A stretch of DNA of 64,000 nucleotides from Oscillospiraceae bacterium (GCA_034925865.1 JAYFRN010000043.1:4360-68359); one strand, 5' to 3'; shown: positions 54,350-64,000, counted from the first letter of the stretch. Numbers and translations: made by a program. Notes: generated by a model from the sequence alone, not told the origin.

Positions 54350-55329
54350 AATACCGCCGTGACTGCGGCAAATATGCGTACTATCTTCTTTTCATGCCAG
54401 CCGCTCATTTCAAAATGATGATGAATCGGAGCCATTTTGAAAATACGCTTTCCGGTAATTTTAAAGCTTGCGACTTGTAAAACAACAGAAACTGATTCCA
54501 GCATGAATATAAAGCCGGCAACTATAATGATCAGCGGATTTCCGAACCAGTATGCCACACCCGCTACTGCACCACCGAGGAATAATGAACCGGTATCGCC
54601 CATAAAAATTTTTGCAGGATATATATTATAACACAAGAAACCGATGATGCCGCCGCATAACCCGCCGAGAATCGTCAGCTTTGTAAGGTTCGCATCAGAG
54701 TATTCAGATAAAGTCGTGAAAGCGACAGCCGTGAATAAGATCATATAAATGAGTGTTACGCTCCCGGCCAGTCCGTCGAGTCCGTCTGTGAGATTGACGC
54801 TGTTGACGACATAAACAATGAAAAGTATTGAAAAAAGCCAATAATACATGCCGAGATCATATGATACATCCGTAAAAGGTATGCGAATCGAGGTTGTGAT
54901 ATGCCCTCCGGAAGCCATGGCAAATAAAAATGACGCGGCAACCGCAAACTGAAGGATCAGCTTTTGAATGATATTGAGTCCTTTGTTTTGCTTTTTGACA
55001 AATTTTACATAGTCGTCAATAAAGCCGATTGCTCCGTTTAAAAACATAAAAATGAAAATATAAAGCACAGCAAAGCTTTGTTTGATTATAACAACCGGAA
55101 GTCCGAAGATAAGAAAAGCGGCGAGCGTTCCGGAAATTATGAAAAGCCCGCCCATGGTGGGCGTGCCTTCCTTAGATTTATGCCATCTCGGTCCGATATC
55201 CAATATCTTCTGACCCATTTTAATGCTTTTCAGAAAAGGTATGAATTTTCTTTCGAGAAAAAAAGCGGCGAGAAACGAAATCAAAGCCGCGCCGGCGAAA
55301 ACCATCGCCGCTGTGACAGTATCATTCAT
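54322..55329 (-). CDS. mraY: phospho-N-acetylmuramoyl-pentapeptide transferase
   Basis: KEGTPTMGG, NLTDGLDGLA, MGDTGSL, APIHHHFE. Confidence 0.95.
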   Translation of the reverse strand: MNDTVTAAMVFAGAALISFLAAFFLERKFIPFLKSIKMGQKILDIGPRWHKSKEGTPTMGGLFIISGTLAAFLIFGLPVVIIKQSFAVLYIFIFMFLNGAIGFIDDYVKFVKKQNKGLNIIQKLILQFAVAASFLFAMASGGHITTSIRIPFTDVSYDLGMYYWLFSILFIVYVVNSVNLTDGLDGLAGSVTLIYMILFTAVAFTTLSEYSDANLTKLTILGGLCGGIIGFLCYNIYPAKIFMGDTGSLFLGGAVAGVAYWFGNPLIIIVAGFIFMLESVSVVLQVASFKITGKRIFKMAPIHHHFEMSGWHEKKIVRIFAAVTAVLCAVSYLGF

Positions 55330-55350
55330 ATTAATATAAAATCCTTTATA

Positions 55351-56730
55351 TCAGATTTCCTCGGAAAGTCCGAGCGAGTCGATAACATCTTCGAGCTTCA
55401 TTCTTCTGCTTGCTTTGAACAGAATCGTGTCCCCGGGCTTAATAAACGAGCCAAGTGTGTCAGAAAGTGAGGTTTTATCTTCAAAGAAAAAGCATTTATC
55501 GCTGGCTAATCCCGCCTCGCATGCCCCTTTTACAATATCTGCGGCGGCTTTTCCGTATGCGAACATATAATCGATCCTGGCAGACGCCTCTTTTCCTACC
55601 GCTCGGTGCGCTGTCGTGCTCATCAGACCGAGCTCAAGCATATCTCCGAGCACGGCAATGCGACGTTTATCATAATTGCCTATAACCTTAAGAGCGGCGG
55701 TCATCGATTCTGGTCCTGCGTTATAACAGTCCGCAATTACGGTTATTCCGTTCTTTACGTATATTTTCTGCCTCAGTCCCTGCGGCTTGTATTCGGCAAG
55801 TCCTTTCTGGATTTCATCGGGAGATACCCCGCATACCTGGCCTGCCGCGAACGCGAAAAGTGCGTTCATGACGAAGTGATCTCCGACCGCGGGAAGAACG
55901 ATCCTGCGTTCGCATGATTCGGTTATTATGTCAAATGAAACCGTACGGTGATTGTTCAGGATATCGGACGGATATATGTCGTTATTCGGTCCGAAGCCCG
56001 CATATATCACCTTAAGCTTCCGGCTTTTACAGGTATTTATGGCGGCTTCATCGCGCAAAAGCGGCTCGTCGCCGTTTAAGATTATGACACTGCCCGGTTT
56101 CATATGACGCGTGATTTCCAGCTTTGCGTCTCTTATCGCTTCTCTTGAGCCGAGATTTTCTATATGGCTGATCCCTATATTGGTTATTATGGCAATATCG
56201 GGATGGCATAGCGAGGAAAGATAATCTATTTCGCCGGGAGCGCTCATCCCCATTTCACAGACAAGAGCTTCTGTCTGTTCGGTGAGTCCGGCAAGAGTAA
56301 GCGGAAGTCCGATGCGGTTGTTATAATTTCCGGGAGTTGAGTGAGTGTCAAAAGACCGTTTCAATATACAGGCAACGAATTCCTTTGTCGTTGTCTTCCC
56401 GACGCTGCCGGTGATTCCGACTGTATGCTTCAATGAAAGCTTATCCTTTATTGCCATACCGAGCTTGCCGAGCGCTTCGTATGTATCATTTACAAGAAGC
56501 ATTGGCGCACCGCTGCCTGTATCACGTTCCGCAACGGCGCATACGCCGCGCGGAAGCGAGGCAATAAAATCGTGTCCGTCGAATTTATCGCCGCGAAGAG
56601 CAAAGAATATTTCACCGGGTTTGACGCTGCGGGAATCCGTGGAAACACCGGTTATATCATAATCGGCGTCAATATTTATCATTTTCGCTTTTAATATTTG
56701 TGCTACTGATGAAACGGAAATCGCAATCAT
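55351..56730 (-). CDS. murF: UDP-MurNAc-tripeptide--D-Ala-D-Ala ligase
   Basis: GITGSVGKTTTKE, EMGMSAPGEI, DCYNAGPESM. Confidence 0.9.
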   Translation of the reverse strand: MIAISVSSVAQILKAKMINIDADYDITGVSTDSRSVKPGEIFFALRGDKFDGHDFIASLPRGVCAVAERDTGSGAPMLLVNDTYEALGKLGMAIKDKLSLKHTVGITGSVGKTTTKEFVACILKRSFDTHSTPGNYNNRIGLPLTLAGLTEQTEALVCEMGMSAPGEIDYLSSLCHPDIAIITNIGISHIENLGSREAIRDAKLEITRHMKPGSVIILNGDEPLLRDEAAINTCKSRKLKVIYAGFGPNNDIYPSDILNNHRTVSFDIITESCERRIVLPAVGDHFVMNALFAFAAGQVCGVSPDEIQKGLAEYKPQGLRQKIYVKNGITVIADCYNAGPESMTAALKVIGNYDKRRIAVLGDMLELGLMSTTAHRAVGKEASARIDYMFAYGKAAADIVKGACEAGLASDKCFFFEDKTSLSDTLGSFIKPGDTILFKASRRMKLEDVIDSLGLSEEI

Positions 56731-56737
56731 TTATTGT

Positions 56738-58204
56738 TTACCTCTTAAGCTTTAAATAATCCAGAACGACATTTCTTTCCGAAAAAGGGTGTTTTCCGGT
56801 GCTGTCGATTTCGTATTCTTCGTGACCCTTGCCGGCAAGCAGTATAACATCGCCGGCCTCCGCAATATCTATGGCGTAATGTATGGCTTCAATGCGGCTT
56901 GTTATTGTCTTATATGGCGTATTTGTATCCGTTATTCCCGCCAGTATGTCTGATATTATGGATTCCTTGCTCTCCGAACGGGAGTTGTCAGAGGTGATTA
57001 TCACATAGTCTGACATATCGCATGCGATCTTTCCCATAATCGGGCGCTTGGTTTTGTCGCGGTCACCGCCGCACCCGAACAACGTTATAATACGCTGTTC
57101 CGCAAAGCCGCGAATCGTTTTCAGGACATTTTCAAGAGCGTCGGGGGTGTGGGCAAAATCAATGAAAACAGAGAAATCCGTGTCCGTTTTTATCCTGTCA
57201 ATACGTCCGCATACGTTATCCATATTCTCCAGCGCATTCGAAATGATATCCGGTGAAATGCCGAGATTTAACGCGCAGGAAACAGCGGCGAGCGAATTGT
57301 ATACTGTGAAAAGACCCGGTATCGGCAGCTTCATACGAAAAATAAGACCCTTTGAAAGCAGCTCGTATTCCACGCCGTGCGCTCCCTTGAACCTTATGTT
57401 TTTGGCGGTGAAATCCGCTTCGTTGCCGTTTATGCCGTATGTTATGCATTCGCATGGCGCGGCTTTCATCATATCCGCCGCGGCGGGGTCATCGTTGTTG
57501 AACAATCCGTATTCGCACATGGTGAAAAGCTTTTCTTTTGCGTGGCGATAGTTCTCCATTGTCTTGTGAAAATCCAGATGATCGCGCGTCAGATTTGTAA
57601 AAATTCCCGTTGTAAAGCTCAATCCCGCGATCTTCTCCAGCTCCAGAGAATGAGATGATACCTCCATTATTAAAACATTAACGCCCTCGTCGCGCATGGT
57701 TGCGAGGATTTTAAATAAAAGCTCGGGATCAGGTGTCGTCAAAAAGCTGCCTGACTTATCGCACTCGAATTCCCGGTCGCCGATGAGATATTTCATTGTA
57801 CCTATGAGGCCGGTCTTGAAGCCGGCGGCCTCGAATATATGCTTGAGCATATATGAGGTCGATGTCTTGCCGTTGGTGCCCGTTATTCCCACAGAATACT
57901 TAAAGCTCTTTTCGGGCGCGCCGTAAAAAACCGACAGACATTTTGGCAGCGCGGCACGCGTGTCCGGCACAACCGCATATGGTATATCATTTGCAAGAGG
58001 CTTTTCGGAGATAATGACAGAGGCCCCGGCCCGGATTGCTTCCGAGGCGAAGTCGTGTCCGTCGAATACCGCTCCCTTAAGGCATACAAAGGCGTATCCG
58101 GGCATAACTTTTCGGTTATCTGATACAACCCCTGAAATTTCCGGATCTCCTTTTATATTCGATTGCTCAATACCAAGCGTTTTAATTATTTCAGAATAAT
58201 GCAT
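56738..58204 (-). CDS. murE: UDP-MurNAc-L-Ala-D-Glu--diamino acid ligase
   Basis: GITGTNGKTSTS, MEVSSH, GCGGDRDKTKRP, and TSDNSRSE in place of the DAP-type DNPR. AGGAAGG RBS before ATG 58204. Confidence 0.9.
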   Translation of the reverse strand: MHYSEIIKTLGIEQSNIKGDPEISGVVSDNRKVMPGYAFVCLKGAVFDGHDFASEAIRAGASVIISEKPLANDIPYAVVPDTRAALPKCLSVFYGAPEKSFKYSVGITGTNGKTSTSYMLKHIFEAAGFKTGLIGTMKYLIGDREFECDKSGSFLTTPDPELLFKILATMRDEGVNVLIMEVSSHSLELEKIAGLSFTTGIFTNLTRDHLDFHKTMENYRHAKEKLFTMCEYGLFNNDDPAAADMMKAAPCECITYGINGNEADFTAKNIRFKGAHGVEYELLSKGLIFRMKLPIPGLFTVYNSLAAVSCALNLGISPDIISNALENMDNVCGRIDRIKTDTDFSVFIDFAHTPDALENVLKTIRGFAEQRIITLFGCGGDRDKTKRPIMGKIACDMSDYVIITSDNSRSESKESIISDILAGITDTNTPYKTITSRIEAIHYAIDIAEAGDVILLAGKGHEEYEIDSTGKHPFSERNVVLDYLKLKR

Positions 58205-58296
58205 GGCTTTCCTTCCTCTGCGGATACGCCGCGTATGTACTTGCATGGATTATCAGACAGCAACATATGAGCTTGTATTATGTAACAATAAGCTTG

Positions 58297-60636
58297 TCAT
58301 TCTATTCCGTTGTAATGTCTGAATTCAACCGAAATTACCGTGCCTGGTGCCACAAGCTCTTTTTCGGGGATGCTTTGTTTAATCGCTATTGCACCGTCAA
58401 CCATATCCATGGTAGAGTCGACAAGATTAATGTTCAGTCCGGCGTTGATGATCGCCTTGTTGGCGTTTGCGGCGGTCATGCCGATAATATTCGGAACCTT
58501 TACGGTGTTTTCAGGAACGGCATCACCTGTATACAGCACAACTATTCCATTTTGCATTAAGCTTGTGCCATGCGCGGGAATTTGCTCCTTTACCGTGTCG
58601 CCATCGCCTATGATTTTGCAATTCAACTTTTTGGTTTTCAATTCATCTGAAGCATCATTGACGTTTCGTCCTCTGTAATCGTCTATCGGATTGGCGATTA
58701 AACTGAGCTCGCTGTCGGTATATTTGGGTTCAATTCCGAGATACGGCAATACCTCTGAAAGTACCTTTGAAACCACGGGAGCGGCAATAACGCCTCCGTA
58801 ATATGCTCCTATAGGTTCATCTATCATTATTATTATTGCGATTTTTGGATCATCGGCCGGAGCGAACGCCACACAGGACGAGGTATATTCTGTTTTTCCT
58901 TTGTTTTTTAGTTCTGTTTTAACAGATGTTCCTGTTTTTGCCGCGATTTTATATCCGACGACCGCCGCGTTTTTGCTTCCCCCGTCGATGACGCCTTGCT
59001 CAAGTATGGAACAGATTCTGTTTGCGGTGCTTTCGGAAATAACTTGGCGTGTTTTATCGACATCGTATGATTTAAGTATATTGCCGTTTTTATCAAGCGT
59101 TGCCTTCAGCACGTGAGGAGTTACCTTATAACCGCCGTTGGCCACGGTAGAGATAGCTGACAGATGTGATATCGGAGTGACCTTGAAGTTCTGACCGAAC
59201 GATGCGACCGCAAGGTCGACAGAGTTGAATGTGTTGAGATTGAAGAAATAATTGATTGCTTCGCCGGGAAGATCAATTCCGGTGCGTTCCGTATATCCGA
59301 ACGCTTTATAGTATTTATAAAACAGGTCGTTCCCGATTCTTTGGCTGAGCATGACAAACGCCGGATTGCATGACTGCTGGAGGGCTTGTTCAAAGTTGAT
59401 TGTGCCATGTCCTGTCGTACGCGCGCATCTGATGGGTTGACCAAAACCGGGGATTTTGATATATCCGGGGCAGTAGAACGTGTCTGTGTCTGATACAAGC
59501 TGTTCTTCAACACATATGGAGGCTGTTATTATTTTAAATGTAGAGCCCGGCTCATATATTTCCGTCAGAGATTTATTCTTCCAGAGGGAATATATGAGAT
59601 TCGTTTTATACGCTGCGCGTTCTTCGTCTGTTCCGGTAAAGCTGTCGAACAGCGCGAGCGAGGCGGGGTCAAGCTCAAACGGCGAATTGAGGTCAAAATC
59701 CGGCTTTGTCGAGTCGGCGAGAATTTCACCGTTTGTGACGTCCATTATTATGCCGGCGACACGGTTTTTAGCTTGAGTTTCGATAAGTGCTTCGTCGAGA
59801 TATTTTTCCAAAATGCTCTGTATGGTCCAGTCGACAGTAAGCATTATATCCGTGCCGTCTTGAGCGGATATGTATTTTTCGTATTTATAAGGCATTTCAC
59901 CGCCTAGCCCGTTCTTCGCGGTTACAACCTTGCCGGGAATTCCTTTGAGATAGCTTTCGTAATAAGCTTCTATTCCTGCAAGTCCCGTATTCTCAGATCC
60001 TGTGAAGCCAATGATATGCGACGCGAGATCTCCGAATGGATAATATCTTTTGGATTGTTCGGCAAAATGAATATATTTACCGAATTTTTTAGCTGAGACT
60101 ATTTCTCGGAGCTGATTCGCGGTTTCAACCTCGACCTTTTGTTTAATCGTTTCGTCGGCGCGTTTCAGCTTTGCCGCTTTTGTCAAAACCATGGCTTTGT
60201 CAATGCCAAGAATACGAGAAAGCTCATTTGCGATATCCTCGGAAACAGTTATGGTTTTATCTGTGAACAGCTGGTCGAACAGTTCGGCCTGAGCTTTGCG
60301 ATCTGCATCGTTGGAAATTGCGTCGAGTATGCTTTTTATATATTCAGCGACCGTCATTTGAGGAATCGTGTTAGGAGAAATGAAGATACGCTCCGCTGTC
60401 GCGCTTATCGCGAGCGGAGTCATGTTCCTGTCGTATATCGTTCCGCGTTTCGGGTCGATCTGAACCTCCTGCGTGAACTGATCCAGCGTTTTCAACTGGT
60501 AATTCTTATAATTAATAAGCTGGATGTCGACAAGCTTGTATATAAGGTATCCGCCTAGGGTAATTAAAAAAACGAACACCACCGCGCACTTTTTATTGAG
60601 CAGGGCGCGCTGCCAGCTTTGTGAGTATTTTTCCAT
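58297..60636 (-). CDS. class B penicillin-binding protein (FtsI/PBP2B/SpoVD-like) with two C-terminal PASTA-like domains
   Basis: STFK, SCN and KTGT motifs; N-terminal TM. ATG 60636 is preferred over the track TTG 60666. Confidence 0.9.
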   Translation of the reverse strand: MEKYSQSWQRALLNKKCAVVFVFLITLGGYLIYKLVDIQLINYKNYQLKTLDQFTQEVQIDPKRGTIYDRNMTPLAISATAERIFISPNTIPQMTVAEYIKSILDAISNDADRKAQAELFDQLFTDKTITVSEDIANELSRILGIDKAMVLTKAAKLKRADETIKQKVEVETANQLREIVSAKKFGKYIHFAEQSKRYYPFGDLASHIIGFTGSENTGLAGIEAYYESYLKGIPGKVVTAKNGLGGEMPYKYEKYISAQDGTDIMLTVDWTIQSILEKYLDEALIETQAKNRVAGIIMDVTNGEILADSTKPDFDLNSPFELDPASLALFDSFTGTDEERAAYKTNLIYSLWKNKSLTEIYEPGSTFKIITASICVEEQLVSDTDTFYCPGYIKIPGFGQPIRCARTTGHGTINFEQALQQSCNPAFVMLSQRIGNDLFYKYYKAFGYTERTGIDLPGEAINYFFNLNTFNSVDLAVASFGQNFKVTPISHLSAISTVANGGYKVTPHVLKATLDKNGNILKSYDVDKTRQVISESTANRICSILEQGVIDGGSKNAAVVGYKIAAKTGTSVKTELKNKGKTEYTSSCVAFAPADDPKIAIIIMIDEPIGAYYGGVIAAPVVSKVLSEVLPYLGIEPKYTDSELSLIANPIDDYRGRNVNDASDELKTKKLNCKIIGDGDTVKEQIPAHGTSLMQNGIVVLYTGDAVPENTVKVPNIIGMTAANANKAIINAGLNINLVDSTMDMVDGAIAIKQSIPEKELVAPGTVISVEFRHYNGIE

Positions 60637-60764
60637 TATTTCATCTTTATAGGCAAAAAGGAGCAAAGAGCCGTCTTCATCTTCTCTTTACTCCTTATTA
60701 TCTGTATTATTTTTCCGGCGCACGGCATTGCCGGTTAAAAAAGCATATGAGAAAAAGCCGGATA

Positions 60765-61439
60765 TTATTCCACTGATTCGCTTATAAGCTTTCCGAACGC
60801 CGAGAGGAGAACGCCGAAACCGCCTGATTTTTGAACCTCTACGACTTCAATTACATCGTCGCCCGTAAGTGTTACATATCTCTTGGGAAGCTGGTCTGCG
60901 CTTACCATGCCGTATTCTTCCTGTGCGATTTTACTCACCTCGGAAAGATTGAATTTAGAATCAAGCTGCAGTTGCAGTTGCTTTGCTTCTTCCTGTTTAT
61001 CGGTTATTGAGCTTTGTAGATCAGCTATTTTCTGATTGCAGTCGTCAATACTGACATACAAAGAAAGCATATACATAAATACGGCGGTAATCATCATTGA
61101 AAAAACAATCATTGCGATCGGAAATGGGCGCTTTGAAGGAATAACCTTTGTTTTTTGAATTCTTGTCTCTCCGACTGCTTTCGTGCGAGCATGAACAATT
61201 TCTATGCCTGTATCCCTGGCCTTTACTCTTTGCCGAGAGACTTTTGAAGGCGCCGTTATATATTTATCATTAAGCTTATCGATATTTCTTGCGGCATGTC
61301 CCGGGTTTGTACGTAGCCGTTCTGGCTTAACTGTACGGGATGACCGGACGGACGCATATTCAGATCGACGAGCTTGCTTCGGCGTCGCGAGAATATCAAA
61401 TCCGTCTTCGTTGTAATATGTTGATGATGCTTGGTTCAA
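60765..61439 (-). CDS. ftsL: FtsL-like cell division protein with long cytoplasmic N-terminus
   Basis: Single TM followed by a coiled coil (IADLQSSITDKQEEAKQLQLQL) and ...IAQEEYGMV. Position between rsmH and the PBP gene. Confidence 0.6.
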   Translation of the reverse strand: MNQASSTYYNEDGFDILATPKQARRSEYASVRSSRTVKPERLRTNPGHAARNIDKLNDKYITAPSKVSRQRVKARDTGIEIVHARTKAVGETRIQKTKVIPSKRPFPIAMIVFSMMITAVFMYMLSLYVSIDDCNQKIADLQSSITDKQEEAKQLQLQLDSKFNLSEVSKIAQEEYGMVSADQLPKRYVTLTGDDVIEVVEVQKSGGFGVLLSAFGKLISESVE

Positions 61440-61454
61440 ATCCGGCCGCTCCTT

Positions 61455-62390
61455 TCAAAGTTTTTTTGCCGCTCTCAGCTTCGCGCTTCGCGATCGCAGA
61501 TTTTCATCAAGCTCACAGCTGTCGGCGGTAATCGGCTTTTTGGTCAGGATTTCAATACTCGGTTTAAAACCGCATACACAAACGGGGAATTCACGCGGAC
61601 AAGTGCATCCGTTGGAAAACCGTTTGAATGTCTCTTTTACCGCTCTGTCTTCGAGCGAATGGAATGAAATAACTGCGACTACCCCGCCGCTGTTCAGCTT
61701 TTCAATTACCGAATTCAGCGTCTGAGGAATTATTTCAAGTTCGTTGTTTACTTCAATTCTTATTGCCTGAAATGTTCTGCGCGCGGGATGTTTTCCTTCA
61801 AAACGCGCTTTCGGAGGAAAGGCGGATTTAATTATCTCCGCCAGTTGCGTTGTCGTCTCTATCGGAGAAACACCGCGGGCATTTATTATCGCGCGGGTTA
61901 TCCTGTCTGCGGCGTTTTCTTCGCCGTATTCGTATATTATGTGCTTTAATTTATCGGCTGGATAATTATTGACCACATCTCTTGCCGTCAATGGATCGGT
62001 TTTGGACATCCGCATATCAAGCGGTGCCTCCGCATGATATGAGAAGCCTCTTGATGGCGTGTCGAGTTGAAACGAGCTTACGCCAAGATCGGCAATTACG
62101 CCGTCGACGCCTTTTATCCCGAGATAATCGAGAGTTGAGGCAAAGTTTATAAAATTATCGTTTATATATGTGATCTTATCCTCATATCCGGTGAGCCGCT
62201 TTTTTGAAGCGGCGATCGCATCGCTGTCGCGGTCAAAGGCGATTAAGCGGCCGGACCCGATATGCTTGAGTATTTCCAAAGAATGACCGCCTCCGCCGAG
62301 AGTAAGATCGACATAAACTCCGTCGGGCTTTATATTCAGCAGAGTAATAGATTCCTTAAGAAGGACAGAATAATGATAGAATTCGTTCAT
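61455..62390 (-). CDS. rsmH: 16S rRNA (cytosine1402-N4)-methyltransferase
   Basis: HYSVLLKESI, DLTLGGGGHS, SFHSLEDR. ATG 62390 forms an ATGA overlap with the mraZ stop; the track start is 62402. Confidence 0.92.
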   Translation of the reverse strand: MNEFYHYSVLLKESITLLNIKPDGVYVDLTLGGGGHSLEILKHIGSGRLIAFDRDSDAIAASKKRLTGYEDKITYINDNFINFASTLDYLGIKGVDGVIADLGVSSFQLDTPSRGFSYHAEAPLDMRMSKTDPLTARDVVNNYPADKLKHIIYEYGEENAADRITRAIINARGVSPIETTTQLAEIIKSAFPPKARFEGKHPARRTFQAIRIEVNNELEIIPQTLNSVIEKLNSGGVVAVISFHSLEDRAVKETFKRFSNGCTCPREFPVCVCGFKPSIEILTKKPITADSCELDENLRSRSAKLRAAKKL

Positions 62391-62809
62391 CAGAAGCCGC
62401 ATTCCGTAAGAATGCCAACAAGCTCGGCGTTATTATAGCCCGCGTTTAGCGCGTCATATTTAGCCGCGTCCCAAATTTCAAGTCTGTCATCTACGCCTAT
62501 AATAACTACGTCTTTAACAAGTCCCGCATATTCCCGCAGTCCTGCGGAAATCGCAGCTCTGCCCTGTGAATCGGCTTCGCATTCTTGCGCTGTTGAAAAA
62601 AGAAAGCGTTTGACTTCGCGAGCCTTAATTTCAGGAAGCTGCTTAATTTTGGAGCAGTATGATTCCCATTGCTGTCTGGAATAAACATTTATGCACTTAT
62701 CGACAGATTTTGACAAAATGAGCTCATTGCCCATTTCTTCTCTTAATTTTGCGGGTATGAACAGACGTCCCTTTACATCGACCGAATAACGGTATTCGCC
62801 TATGAGCAC
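62390..62809 (-). CDS. mraZ: transcriptional regulator MraZ
   Basis: Duplicated SpoVT/AbrB-like halves: DVKGRLFIPAKLRE and DSQGRAAISAGLRE. Confidence 0.92.
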   Translation of the reverse strand: MLIGEYRYSVDVKGRLFIPAKLREEMGNELILSKSVDKCINVYSRQQWESYCSKIKQLPEIKAREVKRFLFSTAQECEADSQGRAAISAGLREYAGLVKDVVIIGVDDRLEIWDAAKYDALNAGYNNAELVGILTECGF

Positions 62810-62871
62810 AGTCCGATCCTCCCCGAAAAGCTGCCGCCGATTTTTTTATGAGGAGAATTTGGTTCCGGCTT

Positions 62872-62935
62872 CACCACTTTCCACCACAATTCACCACCAC
62901 GATTTCATTATACAGACATTTTCGGAGAATTTCAA
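62872..62935 (-). promoter_or_regulatory. Pmra promoter with three 10-bp-phased GTGGTG boxes (candidate MraZ operator)
   Basis: On the minus strand: TTGAAA (62935-62930), 17 nt, TATAAT (62912-62907). GTGGTG boxes read on the plus strand as CACCAC at 62892-62897, 62882-62887 and 62872-62877. Confidence 0.55.
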
Positions 62936-62942
62936 TAGTATT

Positions 62943-63419
62943 TCAGGATTTTCTTAAAATATTTTTAAAAAATTCTATTGTGTTTACAGGGACATACGGT
63001 GAAAAATCCTTTCCGTATTTTATAATGTCACGAACAAAAGTTGAAGATATATAACTCAATTCCGGAGCGGCGGGATACAGAACGGTATCGACTCCGCAAA
63101 GCTTATTGTTTATCTGGTATAATTGATTTTCATAATCGAAATCAAGCGGATTCCGAACGCCCTTTATAATACATCCTATTTTATTCTTGATTATAAAATC
63201 GCAGAGCATTCCCTCGCTTGACGCTACGTTTATCCCTCGACAGCCTTCAAAGGCCGCTTTTGCCGCATTCACACGCGCTTCGAAAGGGAACATATATTTT
63301 TTTCCCGTGTTATTGACGACAAGCACCGTGACAGAGTCAAAATGCCTTGCGGCTCTTGTCGCAATATCATAATGACCGGCAGTGATCGGATCAAAGCTGC
63401 CGGGTAAGACCGCATTCAT
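62943..63419 (-). CDS. coaD: phosphopantetheine adenylyltransferase
   Basis: AVLPGSFDPITAGHYDI; ISSTFVRD. Confidence 0.92.
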   Translation of the reverse strand: MNAVLPGSFDPITAGHYDIATRAARHFDSVTVLVVNNTGKKYMFPFEARVNAAKAAFEGCRGINVASSEGMLCDFIIKNKIGCIIKGVRNPLDFDYENQLYQINNKLCGVDTVLYPAAPELSYISSTFVRDIIKYGKDFSPYVPVNTIEFFKNILRKS

Positions 63420-63461
63420 ATTTTTGCTCCTAAAATAAGAAATAAGCTACAGTAAACCGCT

Positions 63462-64000
63462 TTATTTTAATCTGAGAACATGAAAGTAGGTTTTGCCGTA
63501 TTTATATATTTTCGTCTCCTCGACAAAGGAGGCGGCTTCCTCGCCGAACGAAGCCGAATCGAATTCCGGTCTGTCGCTCTCGCAGAATATTTTACCGCCG
63601 TGCTTGACAAGACCGCTTTTTATGCATCTCTTTGCTGCTTCTTCGGCGATTCTGCTTTCGTATGGCGGGTCGATGAAAATAAAATCAAACTTGTCTCCCG
63701 CACGTGAAGCGGCTTTTATATATTCACCGTATTCCATTCTGAGTACGCGGCATTTCTGATAAAGCCCGGTTTTCTGCGCGTTTTTCTTTATGATTTCAAA
63801 CGCGTCGGCATCGGAGTCAGTCAGTACGGCTGATTTTGCCCCGCGGCTTAGCGCTTCGAGCCCTAATTGACCGCTCCCGGCAAAAAGATCCAGCACATCG
63901 GTATTCACCAGATCAAATTGTATTGAGCTGAAAATACCTTCCTTTGCCATTTCTGTTGTCGGACGAGTGGTTTCGCCTTCCGGTGAAAAAAGGCGGGCTC
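63462..64000 (-). CDS. rsmD: 16S rRNA (guanine966-N2)-methyltransferase RsmD, 5' end runs off the window
   Basis: DLFAGSGQLGLEALSRGA and IDPPY. The frame stays open upstream of the track Met (…GETTRPTTEMAKEGIFS), matching the conserved TRPT motif. Confidence 0.85.
   Translation of the reverse strand, partial: ARLFSPEGETTRPTTEMAKEGIFSSIQFDLVNTDVLDLFAGSGQLGLEALSRGAKSAVLTDSDADAFEIIKKNAQKTGLYQKCRVLRMEYGEYIKAASRAGDKFDFIFIDPPYESRIAEEAAKRCIKSGLVKHGGKIFCESDRPEFDSASFGEEAASFVEETKIYKYGKTYFHVLRLK

Noticed and set aside
1-64000. CRISPR arrays, tRNA genes, rRNA genes.
   Set aside because: I saw no regularly spaced direct repeats with unique spacers, no cloverleaf-like GC-rich ~75-nt segments in intergenic regions, and no rRNA-like sequence. 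All intergenic spacers are short and accounted for by promoters, terminators or the repeat family.

Overview
This 64-kb chromosomal segment reads like a spore-forming Clostridia-type Firmicute: Gram-positive RBSs, SpoIIM-like and SpoVD-like genes, and moderate GC by eye. All calls come from reading the sequence and ORF track; no searches were run.

- **Right third (48.8-64 kb, minus strand):** a compact dcw cell-division/cell-wall cluster, mraZ-rsmH-ftsL-PBP-murE-murF-mraY-ftsW-murG-ftsQ-ftsZ. coaD and rsmD lie upstream and nfo downstream. murD, murC and ftsA are absent from the cluster.
- **Middle:** housekeeping genes (valS, mntP, TPP-riboswitch-thiT, proC, a xerD-like recombinase, pyrB with a fused PyrI zinc domain, dnaD/dnaC-like genes, cysteine desulfurase) interleaved with accessory material.
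  - An orphan phage terminase small/large subunit pair is split by the thiT cassette.
  - A tight 5-gene operon at 35.9-39.1 kb encodes a PqqD-like protein, a radical-SAM/SPASM enzyme, a 96-aa protein, an HPr-kinase-like P-loop protein and an S24/S26 peptidase. This is my best candidate for an undescribed RiPP-type peptide-modification system.
  - That operon faces a convergent module of ABC exporter, 48-aa Cys-containing ORF and ABC-F ATPase, with two tandem attenuator-like terminators.
- **Left (0-14.5 kb):** an accessory patch of VOC, DUF6273-like, MerR multidomain, GyrI-like and GNAT genes with internal duplication and gene decay. It is followed by a visibly AT-rich 6.2-kb gene for a 2081-aa lipoprotein built from eight tandem RsiV/PdaC-like modules.
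- **Repeats:** a roughly 100-115-nt palindromic MITE/REP-like intergenic repeat occurs in at least 7 full or partial copies and often brackets accessory genes.

I saw no rRNA, tRNA or CRISPR array.
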